Below are positions 35,926-45,564 of a stretch of 64,000 bases of DNA, piece by piece (positions within the stretch are counted from its first letter, which is position 1; each line of letters starts with the position of its first letter). The DNA is from Parcubacteria group bacterium Athens0714_12 (GTDB taxonomy: Bacteria; Patescibacteriota; Patescibacteriia; UBA2591; VMGY01). The stretch is taken from the NCBI GenBank assembly GCA_007378955.1, contig VMGY01000001.1, positions 38,804-102,803 of the forward strand, read 5' to 3'. The translations under genes and the position numbers were made by a program. A model generated the notes under the pieces. It saw nothing but the letters and a program-made list of their open reading frames with translations, was not told the DNA's origin and did not search any database.

Positions 35926-35953
35926 ATTGGAAATTGGGACGATGGAGGTTAGA

Positions 35954-38900
35954 ATGAAAAAATTTACTCACTGCTTGAAAAAAATGGGGACGGGAATAAT
36001 CATTTTCGCCGTTCTTTTTATTTTTCAAGCGCAAGCGCAAACACCGGAAACAGATCTTCTGCCCGTGGTAGACGCTCCGCTATCCGGCAATCCGATCATT
36101 ACGGACACGGCAACCGACACGCCCGAAGCAACGAGCGCGCCTGAAACCGGGCTTCTCGCTAAAGAAACAGCTCCCCCGCCTGAAGTCTTGCAAGACACGC
36201 AAATCAGCGCGGAAGATTTAGGCGCGGTGAATGCCAGAATTAAACCGGGAAATTTCTTTCATCCTTTCAAGCAATTCGGCAGGGATGTCCAGGAATTTTT
36301 TACTTTTGACCCGGTTAAAAACGCTGAATTAAAACTCAAACACGCCAACCAGGAATTGTCAGAAATCCAACAGCTCGTGGAAGAAAAAGGCATTGAAAAC
36401 ATTAACCCGAAAATTCTGACTAATTCGGTTGATTGGTTTGAAAACAAAATGGAAAATATTAAAAATGCTTCGGAAAAAATCAAAGGCCAAAAAACTAAAA
36501 ATCCCGAAGGAATTGAGGAATTATTGAATAACCTGACAGATAAACAAATAAAGGAACATAAAATTTTGGAAAAATTCAATGAAGGCATTACTGAAAATAA
36601 AGAAAAAATCGTTGGCGCCGAAGACGCTTTTGCCGCTTTAAAAGATGTCCAAAGCAATGTTCTTAAACATTTCGGTGAAATTTTGACAAATGTAGATGAA
36701 CAGGAAAAAATCCCCGCAAGATTGAGCGCGGTAGCGAACGAGCAGCAAGGAAGCGAATTTAAACTTATAAAAACAACGGAAATTTTGAAAAAACTGCAAG
36801 AACAAGCTCCTGAAGAAACAAAAGACGCGATTAAAAAAGCCCAAACGAAAACCATGGAATTATTACAAGAAGATATGAAAGCCATGCCCGCGGTTGTCAG
36901 AGCGGAAAAATTTAAAACTTACACCAATGCTTTGCCCGGCAATGAAACAATCCAATTAAGCGTTTTTGAAGACTTAAAACAACTACCGAACATCCCGCAG
37001 GATATCTTGAAAAAAATTGAGGAAGTCAAAGAATTCGCCGTTAAAAGATTTGAAGAAAAAGCTATTAAATTTAAACAACCAGAAGTTCAAGAAAAATTTT
37101 TTGAAGATTTGAAAGGCGATTCTTTGGATGACATTATGGTTTTGGAAGAATTGAAAGCGAAAATTACCGCCAAACAGGAATCCCTAAAGAAAAAAGTGGA
37201 ACAAAAAAATATTGAAGGAATGGAAAAATTTAAAAAGAAATTTACCGATGCCCAGTCGCAAGAACAGGCAAAACAATTTGAAAAATTAGTTAAGGAAATG
37301 ACTGCTAATCCAAATCCGAAAACTTTAAAATTAATCAGTGAATTAGAAACTCAAGTCGCCCAGGACCCGGAGAAAAAAGCTTTTATTGAGGAAATAAAAA
37401 CTAAAACCAAAGCGGAAATGGAAACTAAATTCAGAATGGAAGGCGAACGATTTTTTGACCGAATGAGTTCTTTGAATCCGGAAGATATGATGGTCTTCCA
37501 AAAAATGGAGCAAGACCAATTTTACGACCCAATGATGATAGAGCAATTTTCACAACATCAAACTAATCGCTTTAAAGAATATGTCCAAGGAATTGATAAC
37601 ACGGAAAATTTTGACCGCTTTAATAAACGTTTCGGAACAGAAGTGGTGCAAATAATAAAAACAAAAGACACGGAATTCAGCAATGTAATGCAGTTCAAGT
37701 CCCGTAAAATCGCGGAAGCGGAAATGCAATTAAAAGAAAATGAGGCGCGGATGAAAATGGAATTAGAATGGAAAAAATCGGAAAATGATTTTCAGATGAA
37801 ATTAAGGCGAGCGGCTAATGACGAAGCTAAAAAAGCGCTTTATGAAGAAAAAAGGCAAAAAGAATTATCTTTAGTTGACCAAGAATTTGAAACGAGAAAA
37901 AAAATGATGCAAGAAAGAATTAAATTTGACCCTTTCTGCGACGAAATATGCCAGGTGATTCAAAAACAATTTCTTGAGCAAGATTCAAATTACAGAAAAC
38001 AAAATATTATGGAAGACGCGCGGATGAGAGAGTTTGAAATGGAATTAAGGACTCAACCTGCTATGGGTGGCGGCGACCCGTTCCAGGGAAAATGCCAAAG
38101 CCCTGAAACTTGCATGAAATTCTGCAAGGAAAATCTTAATTTTTCCGCTTGCCAAATGCTTGCCCCAATGCAAATGCAAATGCCGCCGCAGACGCAGCCA
38201 GTTGAAGGGCAAATGCCGCAAAATATCTACGCGAACAATCCAATGTATGGACCTCCTCCTTGCCCGCCAGGACAAATTAATATGCCGAAAGGTTCCGGAC
38301 AATGGGTATGCACCGACGACCCTTATCAAAAAATATCAGAAACTTTCAAAAAATGCCCTCCCGGCTATAACTGGAATGACATAAAAGCTTTCTGCGAATT
38401 CAACCAAGTAATGTTCAAAACATCCTGTCCGCAAGGCGAGTATTGGGATGAAGGGAAAAAAACTTGCATCAGGCCGGGAATGCCTCAAGCGTGTCCGCCT
38501 AGTCAATACTGGGACCCTGGAAAACAAGCTTGCGTAAGCTCTGGACAAAATCCTTGTCCGCCTAACCAATATTGGGACGCGGGAAAAAATGGCTGCGCGC
38601 AATACAAAACAGAACAAGCTTGTCCTCAAGGCCAATACTGGGACTCTGGCTTGCAAACTTGCAGAGGACAACAAATAACTCAACCAATGCCTGTTTTCTG
38701 CGGTCCGGGAGAATCTTGGGATAATATTCGCGGCTGTGTCCGTGAAAATTTCCAACAATGCGGTCCAGGCGAATATTTTGACTTCTATGAAAAACGTTGC
38801 AAAACAGACCAATGGAAATCTTGCCCGAGCGGCGAATACTGGGACCAGGGAAGAAATAGTTGTATTAGGGATATGATGGCTCAACCAGTTGAACAATGCG

Positions 38901-39778
38901 CTCAAGGATATTTCTGGGATTTCTATAAAAAACAATGCGTGAAAGATATGTATGCGCCACCACCCCCTGTTACTCCGCCTCAAGCCTGTCCGGCAGTTAT
39001 GCCTCGTCAATGTAACCCAGGCGAAACACCTACTTATGGTAATTGCGGCCCTTCCTGCACTATCCAATCCGCAACACCTTCCTGCCCATCAGGCCAATGG
39101 TGGTCTTCATCTGAAAATCGCTGTGCAGGCGGCGCCACTCCTACGCCAATAACAGGGGGTTGCGCCAGTATTATAGATAAAAACGTTTGCATGAGTAAAC
39201 CTGAATGCGGCGTTTGGTGCAGCGGAGATCCAAATCCGTGTTACGGACCAGGGCGCACCTGTGGAGGAAGTGGTACTTGCGGCAATAAAATCTGTGAAGG
39301 AAATGAAACAACAACTTCCTGCCCATCTGATTGCGGCGGCACTCCTCCTCCATCAGGCGGAGTCTGCGGCAATGGAACTTGTGAAAGCAGTGAAACGATG
39401 ACTTCCTGTCCAAGCGACTGCGGAACAACAAATTCCACTTGTCCATCAACCATTTACAACAACTACACTACTGGTTTTGCCTGTAATTATTCAAATTGCC
39501 CGAACGGCTGTATCTTTGACTACAAAGGCTGTCCTAACGGCTGCATAACCAGCACGACTATTTGCGGCAATGGCGTATGTGATAATGGAGAAACAACAAC
39601 CTCCTGCCCATCTGATTGCGGCGGCACTCCTCCTCCATCAGGCGGAGTCTGCGGCAATGGAACTTGTGAAAGCAATGAAACGATGACTTCCTGTCCATCT
39701 GATTGCGGCAATGTCCCGCCTCCGGGCTCTATCCTTCAAGCAATTCTTAATTTCTTTAAAAAGCTTTTCAGCAGATAA
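35954..39778 (+). CDS. Giant secreted protein: signal peptide, ~600-aa K/E-rich helical region, nine CPxGxYWDxGxxxC repeats, and C-terminal CGNGxCExxET..CPSDCG repeats
   Basis: The start is placed at the ATG at 35954, after GGAGG. The signal peptide is 'MKKFTHCLKKMGTGIIIFAVLFIFQAQAQ'. The repeats are visible directly, and two C-terminal blocks are near-identical at the DNA level. Confidence 0.7.
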   Translation: MKKFTHCLKKMGTGIIIFAVLFIFQAQAQTPETDLLPVVDAPLSGNPIITDTATDTPEATSAPETGLLAKETAPPPEVLQDTQISAEDLGAVNARIKPGNFFHPFKQFGRDVQEFFTFDPVKNAELKLKHANQELSEIQQLVEEKGIENINPKILTNSVDWFENKMENIKNASEKIKGQKTKNPEGIEELLNNLTDKQIKEHKILEKFNEGITENKEKIVGAEDAFAALKDVQSNVLKHFGEILTNVDEQEKIPARLSAVANEQQGSEFKLIKTTEILKKLQEQAPEETKDAIKKAQTKTMELLQEDMKAMPAVVRAEKFKTYTNALPGNETIQLSVFEDLKQLPNIPQDILKKIEEVKEFAVKRFEEKAIKFKQPEVQEKFFEDLKGDSLDDIMVLEELKAKITAKQESLKKKVEQKNIEGMEKFKKKFTDAQSQEQAKQFEKLVKEMTANPNPKTLKLISELETQVAQDPEKKAFIEEIKTKTKAEMETKFRMEGERFFDRMSSLNPEDMMVFQKMEQDQFYDPMMIEQFSQHQTNRFKEYVQGIDNTENFDRFNKRFGTEVVQIIKTKDTEFSNVMQFKSRKIAEAEMQLKENEARMKMELEWKKSENDFQMKLRRAANDEAKKALYEEKRQKELSLVDQEFETRKKMMQERIKFDPFCDEICQVIQKQFLEQDSNYRKQNIMEDARMREFEMELRTQPAMGGGDPFQGKCQSPETCMKFCKENLNFSACQMLAPMQMQMPPQTQPVEGQMPQNIYANNPMYGPPPCPPGQINMPKGSGQWVCTDDPYQKISETFKKCPPGYNWNDIKAFCEFNQVMFKTSCPQGEYWDEGKKTCIRPGMPQACPPSQYWDPGKQACVSSGQNPCPPNQYWDAGKNGCAQYKTEQACPQGQYWDSGLQTCRGQQITQPMPVFCGPGESWDNIRGCVRENFQQCGPGEYFDFYEKRCKTDQWKSCPSGEYWDQGRNSCIRDMMAQPVEQCAQGYFWDFYKKQCVKDMYAPPPPVTPPQACPAVMPRQCNPGETPTYGNCGPSCTIQSATPSCPSGQWWSSSENRCAGGATPTPITGGCASIIDKNVCMSKPECGVWCSGDPNPCYGPGRTCGGSGTCGNKICEGNETTTSCPSDCGGTPPPSGGVCGNGTCESSETMTSCPSDCGTTNSTCPSTIYNNYTTGFACNYSNCPNGCIFDYKGCPNGCITSTTICGNGVCDNGETTTSCPSDCGGTPPPSGGVCGNGTCESNETMTSCPSDCGNVPPPGSILQAILNFFKKLFSR

Positions 39779-39800
39779 AAATCTGAAAACTTTATCGCGG

Positions 39801-39838
39801 AAACCCCTGTCCATTGTCGGCAGGGGTTTCTTTTTTTT
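39801..39838 (+). terminator. Rho-independent terminator of the giant gene
   Basis: AAACCCCTG-tccattgtcgg-CAGGGGTTTC followed by TTTTTTTT. Confidence 0.8.
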
Positions 39839-39849
39839 AAAATTTATCT

Positions 39850-39950
39850 TATACTACGAAAGTATGAAAAAATACGAAAATTAAATTAAAATTATTTCGT
39901 AGTTTCGTACAATTTCGTACTTTCATGAGAGTTCGTAATTTCGTATGAGT
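39850..39950. promoter_or_regulatory. Array of about seven TTTCGTA / TACGAAA heptamers upstream of miaB
   Basis: The sequence reads tACGAAAgta, tACGAAAat, atTTCGTAg, TTTCGTAca, aTTTCGTAct, gTTCGTAaTTTCGTAtg. Confidence 0.4.
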
Positions 39951-39952
39951 AT

Positions 39953-41185
39953 ATGCAATACCATATTATCACCTACGGCTGCCAAATGAATAAATCTGAT
40001 TCAGAACGAATCGCCTCTGTTATAGAAAAATACGGCCTTTCCCCCGCGCCTAAAAAAGAAAATGCTGATTTAATCATTATTAATGCTTGTTCTGTCAGGC
40101 AATCGGCAATGGACAGAATTTATGGGCAAATCAGATATTTAAAATTAAAAAATAAAAAAATAAAAATTTTTCTGACTGGCTGTTTACTGGCTAAAGACAA
40201 AGAAAAACTTAGAAATAAAACGGATTTGATTTTTAAGATAAAAAATTTACTAAAACTTTCTAATTTTCTTAACCAAAAATTAAAAAAACAAATTAGCGAC
40301 GATTATTTTCAAATTTCCCCCAAATATCAAAACAAATTTTCCGCCTATATTCCCATTATGACCGGGTGCAATAATTTCTGCTCTTATTGCGTAGTCCCTT
40401 ATGTCCGCGGCCGCGAATATTGCCGTTCGCCAAAAAAAATTATCAAAGAAATAAAAAATTTAATAAAAAACGGCTGCAAACAAATAATTTTACTGGGGCA
40501 AAATGTGAATTCTTATAAATCCAAAGGAGTTAATTTCCCGAAACTTTTAAAAATGATTAATGATTTAAAAGGCGATTTCTGGCTGGCTTTTTTTACTTCC
40601 CATCCCAAAGATTTATCGGATGAACTTATAAAAACAATGGCGAAATCTAAAAAAATCAATCCTTATTTGCATTTGCCAATCCAATCGGGCGACAATCAAA
40701 TTTTAAAAAAAATGAACAGGAAGCATACGGCTGAAAATTATGAAAACTTAATAAAAAAAATCCGCCGAAAAATTCCCCAAATCGCCATTTCTACTGATAT
40801 TATTATCGGTTTTCCCGGGGAAACAAAAAATCAATTTCAAAATACGGCTGAATTAATGGAGAAAATAAAATTTGATATGGCTTATCTGAATAAATATTCT
40901 CCGCGCCAACAAACCGCCGCCTTTAAGTTAAAAGATGATGTTTCCCAAAAAGAAAAGAAAAGAAGGTGGGCGGTTTTGAATGAAATTTTAAAAAAAACCG
41001 CTTTGGAAAATAATCAGAAACTAATCGGCAAGACGATAGAAGTTTTGGCGGAAAAAAATAATTTCGGGCGCGGTTTTAATTTTAAAGACGTTCAATTTAA
41101 AGGCGATAAAAAATTAATCGGCAAATTTGTTAAAATAAAAATAACCCAAGCTAATCCCTGGAGCTTAAAAGGCGAATTAATATGA
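39953..41185 (+). CDS. miaB: MiaB/RimO-family radical-SAM methylthiotransferase (MiaB-like)
   Basis: MTTase N-terminus 'ITYGCQMNKSDSE' and radical-SAM 'CNNFCSYCVVP'. It is adjacent to miaA; the specific paralog is uncertain. Confidence 0.75.
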   Translation: MQYHIITYGCQMNKSDSERIASVIEKYGLSPAPKKENADLIIINACSVRQSAMDRIYGQIRYLKLKNKKIKIFLTGCLLAKDKEKLRNKTDLIFKIKNLLKLSNFLNQKLKKQISDDYFQISPKYQNKFSAYIPIMTGCNNFCSYCVVPYVRGREYCRSPKKIIKEIKNLIKNGCKQIILLGQNVNSYKSKGVNFPKLLKMINDLKGDFWLAFFTSHPKDLSDELIKTMAKSKKINPYLHLPIQSGDNQILKKMNRKHTAENYENLIKKIRRKIPQIAISTDIIIGFPGETKNQFQNTAELMEKIKFDMAYLNKYSPRQQTAAFKLKDDVSQKEKKRRWAVLNEILKKTALENNQKLIGKTIEVLAEKNNFGRGFNFKDVQFKGDKKLIGKFVKIKITQANPWSLKGELI

Positions 41186-41302
41186 AAATAAATAATAATT
41201 TAAAATCTATCAAAAGGGAAAAACAACGCCTAAAAATAAAGTACTGCTTAAAAGGCGGGACTTTGGCCGGACAAAAAAGAAAAATGGAAACAAATAAATT
41301 TT

Positions 41303-42244
41303 ATGAAAGAAAGAAAAAAACTTAACAAGTTAGTCGTTATTTTAGGCCCGACTGCTTCAGGCAAATCGTCAATGGCGATAAAGTTGGCTAAATTTTTTAA
41401 TGGCGAGATAATCTCGGCTGATTCAAGGCAAATTTATAAAGAAATGGATATTGGGACGAATAAAATCCCCCTCCTCTATCCTCCCCTTTTTCAAAAGGGA
41501 AGAATTAAAGGAGGGGGTTATATGATTGATATTACCAAACCGAACCAAAGTTTTACCGTGGCGCAATTTAAAAAAAAGGTAATAAAAATTATCAAAGATA
41601 TTCAAAAACGAAACAAAATTCCTTTTTTGGTCGGCGGCACTGGCTTGTATATCAGCGCCATAACCGATAATCTAAAAATTCCCGAAATAAAACCGAATGA
41701 AAAATTAAGAAAAAAAATAGAAAAAGAAATAAAAAAATATGGCTTGGGAAAAATTTATCAAAAACTTCTTAAATTAGACCCGGGAGCGAAAAATTTTATA
41801 GAAGAAAAAAATCCCAGAAGAATTATCAGGGCATTGGAAGTTTGCCTGACTGCCGGAAAATCATTTTCAGAATTAAGAAAAAAAGGGGAACCTTTATTTG
41901 ATGTTCTGAAAATCGGTATTAAAACGCCAAGGCAAATTTTATATAAAAAAATCAACCGGCGGGTTGATGAAATGCTCAAGCAAGGATTATTAAAAGAAGT
42001 TGAAAATTTAGCTAAAAAATATTCATGGCAATTGCCGGCGATGAGCGGCATTGGCTATAAGCAATTGGGAATGTATTTAAGAAAAGAAATTGACCTGAAT
42101 CAAGCGATTAATTTAATTAAAAGAGATACTCGCCGCTACGCCCGGAGGCAAATTTCCTGGTTTAAACGCGATAAAAATATTCACTGGATAAAAAATCGCC
42201 AAAAAGCCAAAAAAATAATTAAAGAATTTCTTTCAAAAGATTAA
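41303..42244 (+). CDS. miaA: tRNA dimethylallyltransferase
   Basis: P-loop 'ILGPTASGKSSMAI' and 'ISADSRQIYKEMDIGT'. Confidence 0.9.
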   Translation: MKERKKLNKLVVILGPTASGKSSMAIKLAKFFNGEIISADSRQIYKEMDIGTNKIPLLYPPLFQKGRIKGGGYMIDITKPNQSFTVAQFKKKVIKIIKDIQKRNKIPFLVGGTGLYISAITDNLKIPEIKPNEKLRKKIEKEIKKYGLGKIYQKLLKLDPGAKNFIEEKNPRRIIRALEVCLTAGKSFSELRKKGEPLFDVLKIGIKTPRQILYKKINRRVDEMLKQGLLKEVENLAKKYSWQLPAMSGIGYKQLGMYLRKEIDLNQAINLIKRDTRRYARRQISWFKRDKNIHWIKNRQKAKKIIKEFLSKD

Positions 42245-43697
42245 CAATTTGCCGGGCGTCCATCTTGCCTTTTGTTTCTTTCATTGCCTGGCCAACTAAA
42301 AACTGCAAAGCATTGGCTTTGCCTTTTTTATAATCTTCAACAACCTTAGGATTGCTTTTTATTATTTTTTTTAACGTTTCCTGAAGTGATTTTTCATCGC
42401 TCATTTGCGTCAAATCATCTTCTTCAATAATATGCTCTGGGTCGGAACCGGTTTTAAACATTTTCTCTAAAATTCTTTGGGCAAGATTGCTGGTAATTTT
42501 ATTTTGATAAATCAAGCTGATAAATTTAGCAAAACGAGCCGGGGTAATTTTTATTTCTTTAATTAAACTATCGCTTTCATCAACAATCTTATTTAATCGA
42601 TTAATTATCCAATTAGCGACTAATTTAACTAATTTTCTTTTATTCTCTTTCCATATTTCTTCTTCCGTTCCTTCCAATCCCAAAGTTAAAAGCCAAGTCC
42701 TTAGTTCTGAAATAACTTGTTCGGCATAGTAAGATAAATCCCTGTCATCAGTTAACGCTTTTGATTCTTCTGAATTAAACTCATATTCTTCCGCGAATCT
42801 TTTTCTTTTGGCTTGCGGCGTTTCCCTTTTCATTCTTTTTATTTTATTTATCCTTTCTTCGCCAATCTTTAAAGGAGGTAAATCCGGCTCGGGAAAATAT
42901 CTGTAATCAGACGCTTCTTCCTTGGTTCTTTGTTCAATCGTTACTCCCTTCGCGTCATCCCATCCTCTTGTTTCTTGTTCTTTCGGCGCTTTATTTTCTT
43001 CCCATAATTTAGCTTGTCTTTTAATTTCATATTCCAAAGCTCGCTCCACCGCCTTAAAAGAATTCAAATTTTTTATTTCTATTTTAGGATAAAGTTTTTT
43101 GCCGCCAATGGGCCTGAGAGAAATATTCGCGTCGCACCGCAAATGCCCTTTTTCCATATCAGCGCAAGAAACGCCCTGATAACGCATAATCAATCTTAAT
43201 TCCTGTAAAAATAATTTGGCTTCCTGCGGAGTTTTAATCTCCGGTTTGGTAACGATTTCCAATAATGGCGTGCCCGCGCGATTAAAATCAATTAAGGTTG
43301 AGTTTTTTTTGTGGATTAATTTAGCCGCGTCTTCCTCCAAATGAATTCGTTCAAGCTTGATTTTTCGATTATTTATTTCCAGATAGCCGCCGCTGACTAT
43401 CGGCAAATCATATTGGGAAATTTGATAACCTTTCGGCAAATCAGGGTAAAAATAATTTTTGCGGTCAAATTTAGAAAATTTAGCTATTTTGCCATTTAAA
43501 ACCATGCCGATTAAAATAGCCCAATCAATTGCCTGATTATTAATCACTGGCAAAGTTCCCGGCTGACCGGTGCAAATAGGGCAAATAGTTGTATTCGGCT
43601 CTTTATCCTCGCCTGTATTATCGCAAGCGCAAAACATCTTGGATTTAGTTTTTAATTGGATGTGTATCTCTAATCCAATTACCGGCTCGTATTTCAT
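42219..43697 (-). CDS. gatB: Asp/Glu-tRNA amidotransferase subunit B
   Basis: 'YEPVIGLEIHIQLKTKSKMFC' and a GatB/YqeY C-terminal domain; 492 aa. Confidence 0.92.
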   Translation of the reverse strand: MKYEPVIGLEIHIQLKTKSKMFCACDNTGEDKEPNTTICPICTGQPGTLPVINNQAIDWAILIGMVLNGKIAKFSKFDRKNYFYPDLPKGYQISQYDLPIVSGGYLEINNRKIKLERIHLEEDAAKLIHKKNSTLIDFNRAGTPLLEIVTKPEIKTPQEAKLFLQELRLIMRYQGVSCADMEKGHLRCDANISLRPIGGKKLYPKIEIKNLNSFKAVERALEYEIKRQAKLWEENKAPKEQETRGWDDAKGVTIEQRTKEEASDYRYFPEPDLPPLKIGEERINKIKRMKRETPQAKRKRFAEEYEFNSEESKALTDDRDLSYYAEQVISELRTWLLTLGLEGTEEEIWKENKRKLVKLVANWIINRLNKIVDESDSLIKEIKITPARFAKFISLIYQNKITSNLAQRILEKMFKTGSDPEHIIEEDDLTQMSDEKSLQETLKKIIKSNPKVVEDYKKGKANALQFLVGQAMKETKGKMDARQIVNLLKEIL

Positions 43698-43770
43698 ATA
43701 ATAATTTTTATTAAATATCTTTAATAAAACAATAGCACATTTTTATTAAAAAAACAATTCCACGCTAAAT

Positions 43771-44001
43771 TCAGCATGGAATTATTTTGGCTCTTTTTTC
43801 TAATTTAAAAAAATTCTTCGCTTGATGGTATGGTTCTGCCCTCCATTTTCTTATTCTATCCGCCCATTCTTTTAATTTCTGGTTTGTATTATACAAATTT
43901 TTTACCTTATTTCTTGACCCGAAAATGAATCTTTTTCCTTTTTTACTTTGTTTTTTACTCATTTTATCCTCCCTTAATTTTTGTAAAGAATAGCTTGGCA
44001 A
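43771..44001 (-). CDS. Hypothetical small basic protein (doubtful ORF)
   Basis: 76 aa and K/R-rich. It overlaps the downstream gene by 28 nt. Confidence 0.2.
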   Translation of the reverse strand: MPSYSLQKLREDKMSKKQSKKGKRFIFGSRNKVKNLYNTNQKLKEWADRIRKWRAEPYHQAKNFFKLEKRAKIIPC

Positions 44002-44405
44002 TTTGAATTTTCATTAATATAGTCCACTATCCTTCTTCTGTCTTCCAAATAATAAACGCACCTTTCTTTTTGCGCCATTCTTCCTTTATACTCTTGACAA
44101 CTTTCTTTCATGTTTTCACGAAGAATCAGTTTATCAAAAATTACTCCATTCCACTTAAGCCAACTTTCAAGCTCTTCACGATAATTTTCGCTATTGGCGG
44201 AAATTATCACGATTTTATTTCCTTGGCTTTTTAACCTTGCTATTGTTTTTCTTACCCCAGCGTCAACTTTTCTGAAAAATTTATCGTAAATTTTTCGGAA
44301 AAACCGCACTCTCAAAATCTGATAAACCATTAGTTCAAAATTTCTGCCGAAAAAACTAAACCCCTTGGAAATCACGCCGTCAATATCAAAACCATAAATA
44401 GCCAT
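43974..44405 (-). CDS. HAD-superfamily phosphatase-like protein
   Basis: The N-terminal 'GFDIDGVI' (DxDG) motif is the only motif recognised. Confidence 0.45.
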   Translation of the reverse strand: MAIYGFDIDGVISKGFSFFGRNFELMVYQILRVRFFRKIYDKFFRKVDAGVRKTIARLKSQGNKIVIISANSENYREELESWLKWNGVIFDKLILRENMKESCQEYKGRMAQKERCVYYLEDRRRIVDYINENSNCQAILYKN

Positions 44406-44452
44406 TTCTTCACCTCATCTTTATTTATTTTTAAAGAACAAAATGTTTAATT

Positions 44453-45022
44453 TTATTTAATCCTGAATTTTTTTAATATTTCTTCTAATTTTTTTCTTAA
44501 ATCTTCTATGCGGCCATTATTTTCTATAATCAAATCCGACATTTCCAAACAAGCTTCAACCTGCTGGCCGTGCACTTCCTGACCACTGCCTAAATCCCTT
44601 GAATCAACTTTGTAAAAATCTTCGGCTTTTTTGGGGTCGGAATCTCTGTTCCTTTTTAAATACCATTCTAATCTGGTTTCGCGTGAAGCAGTAATACCAA
44701 TAATAAATATATCTAATTTGTCTTTTAAAAAATTTATTTCTCCGGGATTTCTGATGCTATCTATCACAATATTGCGTGTTTCTTCGTTATTAATCATCGC
44801 CGCGGTTTTTTTCGCCAAAACATCTTTTCCAAACTCTTTTCTAAGATTATCACCTATGTTTTGCAAAGTCTCTCTTTCTAATGCCAATCCTCTGTTTTTT
44901 GCCTCTTCTCTTACCCTATCAGACAAAGAAAGATAAACAAATCCCGCGTCCTGAAAAAATTTAGCCGCCTCGCCTTTGCCGCTGGCGATTGGTCCCACTA
45001 ATCCGATAATCAATCTGAACAT
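44453..45022 (-). CDS. P-loop nucleotide/nucleoside kinase (dephospho-CoA-kinase/dNMP-kinase-like)
   Basis: 'IGLVGPIASGKGEA' P-loop. It lies adjacent to a dCMP deaminase. Confidence 0.5.
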   Translation of the reverse strand: MFRLIIGLVGPIASGKGEAAKFFQDAGFVYLSLSDRVREEAKNRGLALERETLQNIGDNLRKEFGKDVLAKKTAAMINNEETRNIVIDSIRNPGEINFLKDKLDIFIIGITASRETRLEWYLKRNRDSDPKKAEDFYKVDSRDLGSGQEVHGQQVEACLEMSDLIIENNGRIEDLRKKLEEILKKFRIK

Positions 45023-45034
45023 ATTAATTTTTAA

Positions 45035-45538
45035 TTAATAACCTTTTATTTTTAAGTCATTAAAATCTAAAATTTCTTCTTTAATCCAATTTTCTGGATT
45101 AATGCGTTCTATTTTGCCGTTTTTTTCAAAAATTACCTCTTTTAAGCCGGCATTAATAATCATTCTCTTGCATAGTTTGCATGGTTGGATATTTTCAACC
45201 GGAGTTCCATTAATATTTTCTCCATAAAGATATAAAACCCCGCCTAAAATAGAAACACCGGCCCTTGCCGCATTGATAATTACATTCATTTCAGCATGAA
45301 CACTGCGGCATAATTCATAACGTTCGCCCGATGGAATATTCGCTTTAGTTCTCGGGCAAATATCCAAATCTTGGCAATTTACCGCTTTTCTCGGCGCGCC
45401 TACATAGCCGGTGCTGATTATTTGGTCATCTTTAACGATTAAGGCGCCAAAACGCCTTCTTTGACAAGTTCCTCGCCGCGCTACTTGCTTGGCTATTTCC
45501 AAATAATATTCATCTTTATTGGGCCTTTGCTGTGTCAT
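45035..45538 (-). CDS. dCMP (deoxycytidylate) deaminase
   Basis: Zinc motifs 'HAEMNVIINA' and 'PCKLCKRMI'. Confidence 0.8.
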   Translation of the reverse strand: MTQQRPNKDEYYLEIAKQVARRGTCQRRRFGALIVKDDQIISTGYVGAPRKAVNCQDLDICPRTKANIPSGERYELCRSVHAEMNVIINAARAGVSILGGVLYLYGENINGTPVENIQPCKLCKRMIINAGLKEVIFEKNGKIERINPENWIKEEILDFNDLKIKGY

Positions 45539-45564
45539 ATTTTAATATATTAATCCTTTATAAT

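Noticed and set aside
35927-35953. Upstream ATGs (MEIGTMEVR) as the start of the giant Cys-repeat gene
   Set aside because: A GGAGG Shine-Dalgarno sequence sits 6 nt before the third ATG, at 35954. The signal peptide begins there (MKKFTHCLKK...). The upstream codons overlap DnaA box 2.
39290-39720. A CRISPR array suggested by the near-identical direct repeats
   Set aside because: The repeats are about 130 bp, lie inside a continuous ORF and encode Cys-rich protein modules. No short regular repeat-spacer architecture is present anywhere in the window. The TTGATAA and GTTGTRA tracts are simple microsatellites.
43771-44001. The 76-aa basic ORF as a confident gene
   Set aside because: It has no motif, it overlaps the neighbouring gene by 28 nt, and its composition could arise by chance in AT-rich DNA. 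It is retained only at confidence 0.2.
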